A DNA stretch of 64,000 bases, taken from NCBI GenBank assembly GCA_963665115.1, contig OY762007.1:4480001-4544000 (forward strand). The letters are read 5' to 3'. Origin of the DNA: an uncultured Rivularia sp. (GTDB taxonomy: Bacteria; Cyanobacteriota; Cyanobacteriia; Cyanobacteriales; Nostocaceae). Positions 43,977 to 54,027 of this stretch are shown here, one piece after another. Every line of letters starts with the position of its first letter. The first letter of the stretch is position 1. The position numbers and the translations under genes were made by a program. The notes beneath the pieces were generated by a model, which saw nothing but the letters and a program-made list of their open reading frames with translations, had not been told where the DNA came from and made no database searches.

Positions 43977-44158
43977 AGCATTATAAAATGTATATACATG
44001 GAATAAATCTAATTCACCCGAAACTAAAATTATGTATATACACGGCTGTAAATTTACCTGCTGCTATTGCTTATGGTAGATATATTCTATTTTCATGATG
44101 AGCGATTATGCTCAGATGATACTATGGCATCAAAATATAAAAACAGGGGCAAATCAAG

Positions 44159-44911
44159 ATGCTTGCAGAAGAAGATTCTTTGCTCGGACTCGATGATTCT
44201 GCTATTGAAACAAATCGCGATCCTTTGACTGGTGCTATCAGTCTTACTAATGCAGACGGCGATAGCTTCGCTCGCTCCTTCGACGATCGCAATATCTTGC
44301 AGGTAAGTAGTAAAGGAGAAGTTACCGTTCCTACCAGCATCACTACAGTTGAGTTAGGAATTCAAGTAGAAGCAGCAACAGCCGCTGAAGTTCAACAGCA
44401 AGTGGCTCAGCAGGCAACGGCTGTGGTAGATGTGTTAGAAAATCTCGATGTTGAAGAACTTCAAACCACCTCAGTTAGATTGTTTCCAGTCTATAGCTTT
44501 GAAAACGATACTCGAACGTTAACTGGTTTTGAAGGTAGAAACACCCTTTCCTTTGAGTTGCCCAACGAAGAAGCAGGAGCCGCTATAGATGCAGCTATCG
44601 AAGCAGGGGCAAATCTAGTACAAAATATCAGTTTCTCAGCTACAGATGAAGCCTTGCAGCAGGCACGTTTGCAAGCACTCGAACAAGCCGTAGCACAGGC
44701 TCAAACCGAGGCTCAAACAGTTTTTGAGACTTTGAATTTAGTTTCAGAAGAAATAGTTGGCATTGAAATTTTATCAATTGGCGCGTCAAATCCGATTCCC
44801 CAACCCCTCCAATTTGAAGTAAGCGCAGCAAGAGACGCAACAACACCTATAATTGGCAGCAATCAAACAGTAGAAGCGACAGTAGCTTTGGACATTCTTT
44901 ACAGCGAATAG
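44159..44911 (+). CDS. SIMPL (DUF541) domain protein
   Basis: LQVSSKGEVTVP, LQTTSVRLFPVY, IDAAIEAGAN, QTVEATV. Confidence 0.85.
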   Translation: MLAEEDSLLGLDDSAIETNRDPLTGAISLTNADGDSFARSFDDRNILQVSSKGEVTVPTSITTVELGIQVEAATAAEVQQQVAQQATAVVDVLENLDVEELQTTSVRLFPVYSFENDTRTLTGFEGRNTLSFELPNEEAGAAIDAAIEAGANLVQNISFSATDEALQQARLQALEQAVAQAQTEAQTVFETLNLVSEEIVGIEILSIGASNPIPQPLQFEVSAARDATTPIIGSNQTVEATVALDILYSE

Positions 44912-44912
44912 G

Positions 44913-45275
44913 GGATTGGTAATTGGTAATTGGTAATTGGGAATTGGTAATTGGGAATTGGGAATTGGTAATTGGTAATTGGTAATTGGTAATTGGTAAT
45001 TGGGAATTGGTAATTGGGAATTGGTAATTGGTAATTGGTAATTGGTAATTGGTAATTGGTAATTGGTAATTGGTAATTGGTAATTGGTAATTGGTAATTG
45101 GTAATTGGTAATTGGTAATTGGTAATTGGTAATTGGTAATTGGTAATTGGTAATTGGTAATTGGTAATTGGTAATTGGGAGTAGGGCATCGGGAATTGGT
45201 AATTGGTAATTGGTAATTGGTAATTGGTAATTGGTAATTGGTAATTGGTAATTGGTAATTGGTAATTGGTAATTG
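44913..45275 (+). repeat. very long STRR array (GGTAATT/GGGAATT)n, about 50 heptamers
   Basis: Directly visible tandem array between convergent genes. Confidence 0.95.
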
Positions 45276-45368
45276 TTGATTGGGTATTGAGAGCAGCTAG
45301 GGAGCAAGATGCTCCCACTACAAAATGATTTTTTCTACCGCCCTCTCCCCCCTCTCCCCATCACCCCA

Positions 45369-46139
45369 TCACCACGGCAAACGACTGCCATCCCAGGAGA
45401 AAAACTCACCGCTATCTTCTGGTTTAAGGTTAGATATTACACCGAGCAATAAATCAACGGTATGCTCGACGGGGAATAACTTTTCTGGTGGTACATTGCG
45501 CTGAAATGGTTGTGAAAGATTGGTATCTGTAGTACCGGGATGCAAGGTGACAACTATGGTTTTAGGACATCTTCGACTATATTCTATTGCCGTAGTTCTC
45601 ATGAACATATTTAATGCTGCTTTCGATGCTCGATATCCGTACCATCCACCCAAACGGTTGTCGCCGATACTACCTATCTTGGCAGAAATACAGGCAAATA
45701 TATTTTTTTCTTTATGTTTAAATAAAGGCTGTAAATGTTTAGCTAATAAAATTCCCCCGATACTATTTACCTGGAAATAGCGCATTAAATTTTCGGGATT
45801 AATTTGTCGGAGACTTTTTTCGGGCTGTATTTCTCCTTCATGCAAAATTCCCACACAGTTAATTACTAAATGCAGCTTGTCTGTTTCTGCGCTTATCTTC
45901 TCCACCACTGCGGATATTTGGGATTCTTGAGTAATATCCATTGAGAGACAAACTAACTTTTGAGAATATTCGCTTTGTAATGAAATTAATTCGGTAGCAG
46001 AATCAATATTGCGATAAGTCGCGTAAATTTTAGCAATATTATGATCTTGCAATAAAACCTTGACAAAACCCAAACCAATCCCTTGACTAGCACCGACAAT
46101 TAAAGCATTTGCGTTATCAATTTCTTCTATTACTGACAT
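45369..46139 (-). CDS. SDR oxidoreductase (CsgA/C-factor-like)
   Basis: GASQGIG, YGYRASKAALN, LHPGTTDT. Confidence 0.92.
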   Translation of the reverse strand: MSVIEEIDNANALIVGASQGIGLGFVKVLLQDHNIAKIYATYRNIDSATELISLQSEYSQKLVCLSMDITQESQISAVVEKISAETDKLHLVINCVGILHEGEIQPEKSLRQINPENLMRYFQVNSIGGILLAKHLQPLFKHKEKNIFACISAKIGSIGDNRLGGWYGYRASKAALNMFMRTTAIEYSRRCPKTIVVTLHPGTTDTNLSQPFQRNVPPEKLFPVEHTVDLLLGVISNLKPEDSGEFFSWDGSRLPW

Positions 46140-46240
46140 TATCTATAAGAATCCGTTTTGATTTTTAAAATTACTCGTTAGTTAGGGAATTGGGCATTGG
46201 ACATTTGCCATTGGGAATTGTCCCATTAGCATTACCAATC

Positions 46241-46456
46241 CTAATCCTTACTCCAACAGCGCACGCAAAAAGAGAAAACAGATACCACTCCTGCAAGTTC
46301 AATTGCCACTTGAAAAGATGTAGGGCTTAAAGAAAAACCCCAAATTGAAATTAAAGCTCCGATGATAGCGGCTGATATACGAAGAACTTCTTCTTTGATT
46401 TTTATCGCTAGCCAAATAATCGCAAAGCCAATTGTCAAAAATAATAAGTAAGCCAT
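46241..46456 (-). CDS. small hypothetical membrane protein
   Basis: 71-aa hydrophobic ORF co-oriented with the SDR gene. Confidence 0.65.
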   Translation of the reverse strand: MAYLLFLTIGFAIIWLAIKIKEEVLRISAAIIGALISIWGFSLSPTSFQVAIELAGVVSVFSFCVRCWSKD

Positions 46457-46536
46457 TATCTAATAATAAAAAAGCAACATTGAGTAGTAAGTCCGTTATG
46501 GAATAATTATCAAAGCAATATTAAAATATAGACTAA

Positions 46537-46685
46537 TAAGTAGGTAGGCTAGAATAAACAAAACTATGTAACAGAATGTAAAACTATTGAAGTGCTTGTG
46601 ATGATCCACACCTTCGGTGAATGCTTCGTTTCACTCCGTTCCACTCGCAATGACATAGTTATAAATTTTCCCACCCACCTACTTA
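46537..46685. mobile_element. MITE-like element (about 149 bp)
   Basis: Terminal inverted repeats TAAGTAGGTAGG / CCCACCTACTTA; inner AACTATGT / ACATAGTT; no ORF. Confidence 0.7.
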
Positions 46686-46768
46686 TCTCAATTATTTCTA
46701 TAAATTTGGGAAACATATGATTATACCAACTTAGGTACTAGTTTACACAACCTGTATCCAACTATATT

Positions 46769-47618
46769 ATGAAGCGAAACCTTTTATTTAAAGTAGTATT
46801 GGGGATGACTGCTTTGTTAGGGACAACAAGCTGTACTTCTAATAACACCACCCAAGCAGAAGTTAAAACTCAGCAGGAAATCAAGCTTGGTGGTTCGAGT
46901 AGTACTCATACAGCCATAGAGATTTTAGGTAATGCTTACGCAGTTCAAAATCAAAACATTAAATTTACTTTTTTACCCAAAGGTCAATCTGGAAGTGGTA
47001 TTGTTGGGGTAAAAAAAGGATTAAGGGATATTGCTGGTGTCAGTCGCAAACTTAAACCAGAGGAAGATGATGGTTCTGTGATATACAGGCAACTTGCAAC
47101 TGATGGATTAGTGGTAGCAACTCACGAGAGCGTAAAGGGAATAAGTAATTTAACGACACAGCAACTCAAAGCAATTTATAGTGGTGCTGTGACAAATTGG
47201 CAGGAATTAGGTGGCCCCAAACGAGGAGATTGTAGTTTTAGATCGTCCCGAAGACGAGTCTGCTAAGAGGCTATTACGCAAGTACTATTTAGGAAAAGAA
47301 CTAAAAAATGCTCCGAAGGTAGTAATTATGCGTTATGAACCAGAATTAATTAATGCTTTACAAAATACTCCCTATAGTATTGGTGCTTTTTCCCTTGCTT
47401 ACACCATCTCAAATAAATTGCCAGTTAACCGCCTTAGTCTTAATGGTATAGAACCTACTCCAGAAAATATAAAGTCTGGTAAATATAAGATGGTACGTAG
47501 TATTGGGGTTGTTTGGGATAAAAAACCGTCAGAAGCGACTCAGAAATACTTGGATTTTGTCTTTAGCAAAAAAGGAGCCGACATTTTAAATAATTCTGGC
47601 TTTGTACCATCAACTTAG
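46769..47618 (+). CDS. PstS-like (PBP_like_2) substrate-binding lipoprotein; apparent +1 frameshift near 47215
   Basis: Lipobox TTSC; LGGSSST, SGSGI, VSRKLK, IYSGAVTNWQELGG. Confidence 0.85.
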
Positions 47619-47630
47619 AAATACAAGCCG

Positions 47631-49628
47631 ATGTTGAAAAAAGCATATTCAAAACTCCCTTTAAAAACCAAAATTCTTGTACCTTTACTTTTGGTTTTTA
47701 TGAGTATCTGGACGGTAGGAACTGTCGGCTTCGGCTATTTTTTTACTAACCGTCTAGAAGAAAAACTCAAAGCCGAAACAAAGGGAGTTGCTTCTTTAGT
47801 TACTGGTACTTTGGAGCGCGAAAAACAATTACTATTTCTGAAAGCAAGATGGGTTGCTGACTCGAAAGAAGTTTCTCAGTTAGTAGCTAAAAAAGATCGA
47901 TCTGCATTATTAAGAACTTTATTACCTCTGAAGGAATCCTTGCAACTGGATTTAATTCAAATTATAGATACCAGCGGTAAAATACTCGCACGAGCGCGTC
48001 AGCAAAAAATTATTTTGGTTCAGTTTAATAATGCTGAGATTAATCAAGCGGCTAGTATTGGAATAGATTATTTTGATATTATCGCGACAGAAAATAATAC
48101 AGCTTCACTGCTTATCGGTTTAACTTCGGTAAAGTCTACTGAATCAATTTTGGGTGGGGTAATCGTCGGTACTATAATTGATGATGGCTTACTAACTCGC
48201 ATCCGCTCCAATACAGAACCACATCTAGTTACAATCCAAAATAATCAAGTAACTGCATCCACTCTACCCAGTGCTAAAAGTAATTCATGGCAAGCACCTA
48301 CAATCAAATCTCCGCCTCTAAAAGTTAATATTACAGGAAAAAATTATATTGCTTATGCTCTAGAAATCATTGGATTAAATGATGCAAAATCAAAATTAGT
48401 ATTACTCAATCCTGTCGCTGCTTTAGAGCAGAATCAACAGCAAATGTGGATTAGTATCATTATTTATTCAGTTATTGGAGCGACTTTATTTAGCTTAGTT
48501 GTATTCAAAATTATAACTTTTCTTACTAATCGGATTACCTACTTAACTAAAGCTACACAAACAATAGCACGCGGTGACTTCTCTACCTGTATAGATGTCA
48601 ATGGTAATGATGAAATTAGCATTTTAGCTCAAAGCTTTAACTATATGAGCGAGCAAGTAGCTTTGTTGTTAGAAAAGCAGGAAAATATCAATGAGGAATT
48701 AGAAATATCTAATCAAACTTTAGAGCATAGAGTAGAGCTAAGAACTTTAGAGTTAAATGAAAAGAATAAACATATTCAAGCAACTTTGCAAGAATTACAA
48801 CGTACCCAAGCTCAAGTAATTCAAAGCGAGAAAATGTCTTCATTGGGGCAAATGGTTGCAGGTGTAGCCCATGAAATCAATAATCCGGTGAGCTTTGTAC
48901 ATGGTAATCTCGAACCAGCTTGTATTTACGCTCAAGATTTAATTAGAATCATTGAACTTTACCAGAAACATTATCCGAATCCAGTAGAGGAAATAGAAAC
49001 AGAAATCGAAGCGGTTGAACTTGATTTTCTTAAGGAAGATTTCGTAAAACTGCTTGATTCCATGCAAAATGGAACCGAAAGAATTAAAGAAATAGTTTTA
49101 TCCCTACGAAATTTCTCCCGGCTTGATGAAGCTGATTTCAAGCAAGTAGATATTCATGAGGGAATTGATAGCACCCTACTAATTTTACATAACCGTTTGA
49201 AGCCAACATCTAATCATCCGGAGATTGAGGTGATTAAAGAATATTCTTCTTTACCTAAAATAGATTGTTATGCGGGACAATTGAATCAGGTATTTATGAA
49301 TATTTTAGCTAATGCGATCGATGCATTAGATGATGAAATTAATAAAAATCCAACTTTTACCCCTCAAATTCGAGTTTCTACAGAATTATCTGGAAATTAC
49401 AATATTAAAATTCGTATTGCTGATAACGGTTCGGGAATTCCCCCAAAAATTCAGTCTAAATTATTCGATCCTTTCTTTACAACCAAAGAAGTTGGCAAAG
49501 GTACGGGATTGGGTTTATCTATTAGCTATCAAATTATAGTAGATAAACATCACGGGAATTTATCTTGTAATTCCTCACCCGAAACAGGTACAGAATTTAT
49601 TATTGAAATTCCGATTCGTCAGAGTTGA
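47631..49628 (+). CDS. membrane sensor histidine kinase (Cache-like periplasmic domain, HAMP, HisKA, HATPase)
   Basis: AHEINNP, LNQVFMNILANA, DNGSGI, FDPFFTTK, GTGLGLS. Confidence 0.93.
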   Translation: MLKKAYSKLPLKTKILVPLLLVFMSIWTVGTVGFGYFFTNRLEEKLKAETKGVASLVTGTLEREKQLLFLKARWVADSKEVSQLVAKKDRSALLRTLLPLKESLQLDLIQIIDTSGKILARARQQKIILVQFNNAEINQAASIGIDYFDIIATENNTASLLIGLTSVKSTESILGGVIVGTIIDDGLLTRIRSNTEPHLVTIQNNQVTASTLPSAKSNSWQAPTIKSPPLKVNITGKNYIAYALEIIGLNDAKSKLVLLNPVAALEQNQQQMWISIIIYSVIGATLFSLVVFKIITFLTNRITYLTKATQTIARGDFSTCIDVNGNDEISILAQSFNYMSEQVALLLEKQENINEELEISNQTLEHRVELRTLELNEKNKHIQATLQELQRTQAQVIQSEKMSSLGQMVAGVAHEINNPVSFVHGNLEPACIYAQDLIRIIELYQKHYPNPVEEIETEIEAVELDFLKEDFVKLLDSMQNGTERIKEIVLSLRNFSRLDEADFKQVDIHEGIDSTLLILHNRLKPTSNHPEIEVIKEYSSLPKIDCYAGQLNQVFMNILANAIDALDDEINKNPTFTPQIRVSTELSGNYNIKIRIADNGSGIPPKIQSKLFDPFFTTKEVGKGTGLGLSISYQIIVDKHHGNLSCNSSPETGTEFIIEIPIRQS

Positions 49629-49887
49629 TTGCTTAATTTGCAAACCTATATGATTTGTAATAATTTCTGCTGTCAATAAACCTGGGTTTTTTACGAATTT
49701 TCTTCGTTTTTAGGCATTAAATGATATTTTATGAGAGATTTCGGGGGAAAATAAAGCTGTATCTACCAGTTTATTTGACAATAATTTAAGATAATCTTTT
49801 TAATAGGTTCGTAGTAGAGGCTTTAGCCTTCTCTTCCAAGGACTAAAGTTCTTACTAAAAACTTAATTTCAATTCAACAATCAACAT

Positions 49888-51054
49888 CTAAATCATCACG
49901 GTTTGTTTTCGCAAACTTTCAACTGTAGAAATAAAATGTTCTGCAACCGTATTAATTTCTTCAACTGTATTAAATCTTCCGATGCCAAAACGCACGGAAG
50001 CATAAGCTAATTTTTCTGAGTGCCCTAATGCTGTCAAAACGTGAGAAGGTGCGGTACTTATTGACGAACAAGCCGAACCAGAGGAAACTGCCATTATTGG
50101 CTGCAATCCTAATAGTAATGCCGAACCATCAACCCCTTCGACGCTAATATTTAAATTTCCCGATAATCTTTGATTAATATCTCCGTTAAGATGAATTGCT
50201 TTTAATTGAGAAATTTGTTTCCATAAGCTTTGTCTAAGTTCGGTAATAAATTCATTTTCTGTAGCTTGATTTTCTATGGCAATTTCTACAGCTTTACCAA
50301 ATCCAACTATTTGCGGTGTATATAATGTACCCGAGCGGATACCCCGTTCTTGCCCCCCACCATGTTGCTGGGAAGCTAACTTCACTCTTGGATTACGGCG
50401 ACGCACGTACAAGGCTCCGACTCCTTTACAACCGTAGACTTTATGTGCTGTTAATGACATTAAGTCAATATTCATTGCTTGTACGTCTAAAGGTATTTTA
50501 CCTATTGCCTGAGCGCTATCTGAATGAAAAATAATATTGCGTTCCCTACACATTGCACCAATTTCTGCGAGCGGTTGCAAAACCCCTATTTCGTTATTTG
50601 CAGCCATGACTGAAACTAAGATGGTGTCGTTGCGAAAGGCTTTTTCTAAGTCTTCGAGATTAATAATTCCATCTTTTTGTACGGGAAGAAAAGTAATTTC
50701 AAAACCGAGAGTTTTTAAATAGTTACAAGGATCGATGACTGCACTATGTTCGGTTTGTAGGGTAATAATATGTTGCCCTTGAGAAAAATAAGCTTCTGCA
50801 ACGCCTTTAATAGCTAAATTATTTGCTTCCGTAGCACCGCTAGTAAAAATGATTTCTTCGGGGCTTGCATTGATGGCTGTTGCGATAATTTCTCGGGCTT
50901 TTTTTACAGCAGCTTCCGCTTCCCAACCGTAAATATGACTAATACTTGAAGGATTACCAAAGTGTTCGGTAAAGTAAGGTAGCATTGCATTCAATACTCT
51001 TTGATCAACAGGTGTTGTAGAGTGGCAATCGAGGTAGATGGGACGTTGAGACAT
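49888..51054 (-). CDS. IscS/NifS-type cysteine desulfurase
   Basis: IYLDCHSTTP, TSGATEANN, TAHK, SSGSACSS; start at MSQRP (51054). Confidence 0.93.
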   Translation of the reverse strand: MSQRPIYLDCHSTTPVDQRVLNAMLPYFTEHFGNPSSISHIYGWEAEAAVKKAREIIATAINASPEEIIFTSGATEANNLAIKGVAEAYFSQGQHIITLQTEHSAVIDPCNYLKTLGFEITFLPVQKDGIINLEDLEKAFRNDTILVSVMAANNEIGVLQPLAEIGAMCRERNIIFHSDSAQAIGKIPLDVQAMNIDLMSLTAHKVYGCKGVGALYVRRRNPRVKLASQQHGGGQERGIRSGTLYTPQIVGFGKAVEIAIENQATENEFITELRQSLWKQISQLKAIHLNGDINQRLSGNLNISVEGVDGSALLLGLQPIMAVSSGSACSSISTAPSHVLTALGHSEKLAYASVRFGIGRFNTVEEINTVAEHFISTVESLRKQTVMI

Positions 51055-51309
51055 GGGATTCGGGGGAATAGGTAATAGGTAATAGTTAACTCTTGACTGT
51101 TGACTGATAAAGCTGCCCAACTTTTTCAGAATACTCAAAACTTGATATAGTTCGTTTTGCCTTCTGAATAATGTAAATTCATCAGACATTGTTAGTTTCA
51201 AGAAAGTAATTGAAAATTTTCTTCTAGGTAAGCAAGATTTATATTTTGGGCTTGGATAATTTGAACCATTTTATTAAAGCAAGCTACTTTAAAGATGATA
51301 ACTTAAAAC

Positions 51310-52779
51310 TTACTTCTTGATAACTGTAGTCCCAGCCAGCCTATCGTGCAAACCTTGCTTTTTAGAAGTAAACTGAATCATAATAAATCCAATCATTAAG
51401 ATTAAAATTGAAACTAATTTACTCCAATATCTGATATTCGCTTTCATCAAAGATATTTGTTTATCGTGTAAATCGGCGACTTTAACACCTAAAATTAATT
51501 TGCCTAATGTAGCTTTTAATTTAGAACTTTCTAAGCCAGTAAAATAAATCCAATTTATAAGCAAATTTATAATTAAAGAAGCTTTGGCGATCGCTGATAC
51601 ATCAGGAGTTAAAAACAGTAGACTGCCAAGTAACCATCCTGATGCTCCAAACCATCCTCCTGCAATACTTTCTCCAATAAATTCATTATCGAAACCAAGT
51701 GAAGAACTTAAAAAACCACCAACAAAGGTACCTATAATTAATAAAAATATTAAATCAATTGTGTAAGCAAAAAATCGTCTAATAAGACTTGCATAATTAT
51801 CATTTTCTTTAACTGTATTCTGCCTATTAATTATAGTAGATGGTATAACTGATTGTTGATTAACTGATTGGTTAGCTAATTTATGACTATTAATTTCAGT
51901 TAGTCTTTGTGAAATAATTTTAGTATTTTCGGGTCTAAAATTTGGGATATTTTCCATCATTTGGTCGAGCAGCGATGCAAATTCTGGTTTTACACCAAGT
52001 GTGCCTTCTTGCCATTTTAATTCACCAGTTTGTACATTATAAAAATCACCCGGTTCTCTTCCAGTAAGCAGGAAAACAAAAGTACGTCCTAAAGCAAAAA
52101 AGTCTGATTGTTGAATTGCTTGTCCGTGCATTTGTTCGGAAGGGGGACTATAACCAGCAGTCATAATTCCCGTAACTTGTCCTTGAACCTGTTTTGCTAT
52201 ATAAGTTTGCGTCACTTCTCGGGCGCTACCAAAATCAATCAAAGCCAAACGACCATTTGGTCTTAACATAATATTTGATGGCTTGATATCGCGATGAAAA
52301 AAGTTTTGACTGTGGACTTTTTGTAGAATATCAACAACTTCGCTTAACCATTGAATTGCTAATTTTTCATCTATAGGACGTTGTTGTCGTTGTCGAATAT
52401 ATTCCCATAAATCCAAGCCTTCAATTTTTTCCATTATCAAGCAATGAAGCGGTTCGGTACTACTTCTAGAAAAATAGACAAAATAACTGTCGGATTCTAC
52501 TTTCGGAATTCCGGGATGATTTAAAGACTTCAAAACCTCCGCTTCCCGTTGGAACAATTCCACAGCTTTAGGATGGTTATTGATCAAAACTTTCAACACC
52601 TTGTTGGTATTACTTCGGGCTTCATTAACCTCATAAGTTTTACCAAAGCCACCACCACCAAGTTCTTTTGTTACCCGATAACGTCCTTCTAGTAGCAATT
52701 CCGAACCGCAACCAAAGCAAAATAAAGTATTGTCGGGATTTTCTGGCTTCTGACACAGAGGATTAATACAGAGGCTCAT
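51310..52779 (-). CDS. Ser/Thr kinase with 4-Cys prefix and C-terminal RDD domain
   Basis: CINPLC..CFGCG; HRDIKPSN, DFG; RRFFAYTID...LHDRLAGT. Confidence 0.9.
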   Translation of the reverse strand: MSLCINPLCQKPENPDNTLFCFGCGSELLLEGRYRVTKELGGGGFGKTYEVNEARSNTNKVLKVLINNHPKAVELFQREAEVLKSLNHPGIPKVESDSYFVYFSRSSTEPLHCLIMEKIEGLDLWEYIRQRQQRPIDEKLAIQWLSEVVDILQKVHSQNFFHRDIKPSNIMLRPNGRLALIDFGSAREVTQTYIAKQVQGQVTGIMTAGYSPPSEQMHGQAIQQSDFFALGRTFVFLLTGREPGDFYNVQTGELKWQEGTLGVKPEFASLLDQMMENIPNFRPENTKIISQRLTEINSHKLANQSVNQQSVIPSTIINRQNTVKENDNYASLIRRFFAYTIDLIFLLIIGTFVGGFLSSSLGFDNEFIGESIAGGWFGASGWLLGSLLFLTPDVSAIAKASLIINLLINWIYFTGLESSKLKATLGKLILGVKVADLHDKQISLMKANIRYWSKLVSILILMIGFIMIQFTSKKQGLHDRLAGTTVIKK

Positions 52780-52954
52780 TTTTACGGATGGAGTTACAGC
52801 TTTACGTGATAGTTTAACTCCACTCGTATGTCAAGCAAGAGTAATTTTGTACAAGAAGCATGAGGAGACTGTGAAGAGAAGTTAGGAGTTAGGAATTAGG
52901 AGTTAGGAGTTAGAAGTTATTAAGAATAAACCTTTAATTGATAATTGATAACTG

Positions 52955-53656
52955 TTAACTGGATAAAGCCCACTCATACCCTTTTTTCAGTTTTTCTTTC
53001 ACTTGATTTTCAAGAATACTGCCGTGAGCTACAATAACTCTTTCAAAATCCCACTCAAGTAATTTTTGAATTGAATATTTTACTTTTTGTTTTTCTCGTA
53101 TCGCCAATTTTTCTAATATTGAAGGTTCTAGTTTTTTGTAACCTCCAATTAACTTCATAGTTAACTGAGTTATAAAAGGAAAAGTCTCATCAAAATGAAA
53201 AGCTGTATCGGTTAAAATCAAAGTTCGGCTTTCTCTATGAAAAAAAACAATTTCGTTTAATGGGAATGCTCCTTTAAAATCTAAAATTTTAAATCCCTCA
53301 AATAAAAAATATTCAATTTCATCTTGAGTTCCAAGTTTACCTTGAGTAAGAATTCTATCAAATTTTATATCCTGCCGTTTAGATTCTAAACCGGGAGCAG
53401 CAAAAATCTTTGCGTCTGAATAAATAGATTTGAAATTAGATATAGAAAGATGATGGTAAAGATTAGGAGCAATTATAGTCCCAACTTTACCAAGTTCGTT
53501 GATTTTAGTAATAGTTTTTTGATCCGCGTTAATTGGAGAAATCACTACAATTTCACCATTCTCAAGCCGAATAACGGTCATTCTCGTACCAACCTCCAGC
53601 CCCCAATATTTCAATTTTTGTTCGGCAACCCAGATATTTGTATCAACTTGCAACAT
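52955..53656 (-). CDS. DUF4336 domain protein
   Basis: TRMTVIRL, IIAPNLYHH, TLILTD, IVAHG. Confidence 0.85.
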   Translation of the reverse strand: MLQVDTNIWVAEQKLKYWGLEVGTRMTVIRLENGEIVVISPINADQKTITKINELGKVGTIIAPNLYHHLSISNFKSIYSDAKIFAAPGLESKRQDIKFDRILTQGKLGTQDEIEYFLFEGFKILDFKGAFPLNEIVFFHRESRTLILTDTAFHFDETFPFITQLTMKLIGGYKKLEPSILEKLAIREKQKVKYSIQKLLEWDFERVIVAHGSILENQVKEKLKKGYEWALSS

Positions 53657-54027
53657 AGTTAATTACCTATAAGGGAACAAAGGAGAGAGGTGAGAGGACA
53701 AAGGAAGTTAGTAGTTAAAGGTTATAAATACATAACTATTAACTGATTACTGGTAATTGGTAACAAAATCCAGATTACCGCGTTCTTGTCCCGATCAAAT
53801 ATAAGCATACCTGAAGTTTTACCTAAACTCTTATTCTTATTCTTATGCTGCTATTCAATAATTCTTTTTTATACATAAAAAATCTAAATACAAGCTTATC
53901 CTAATGACTGATGGCACGGCTCATTAATGCTCTTAACATATAAAAGACTTTTCTAAACCGTAGATATTGTTACGTAATTTATTGTTCTATCTATTACTAT
54001 TATTAATCTAAGCAAACACTAGTAAAT

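Noticed and set aside
44913..45275. Possible CRISPR array
   Set aside because: Pure 7-bp tandem repeat with no unique spacers, and no cas genes in the window.
44786..45318. ORFs encoding (NYQLPIT)n
   Set aside because: Translation artefacts of the heptamer array, not genes or RiPP precursors.
46736..46749. NtcA-like site GTA-N8-CAC upstream of the PstS-like gene
   Set aside because: Imperfect match and too close to the start codon for a canonical activating site.
51055..51201. N-terminal extension of the cysteine desulfurase ORF
   Set aside because: Runs through STRR-like sequence; family similarity starts at MSQRPIYLD.
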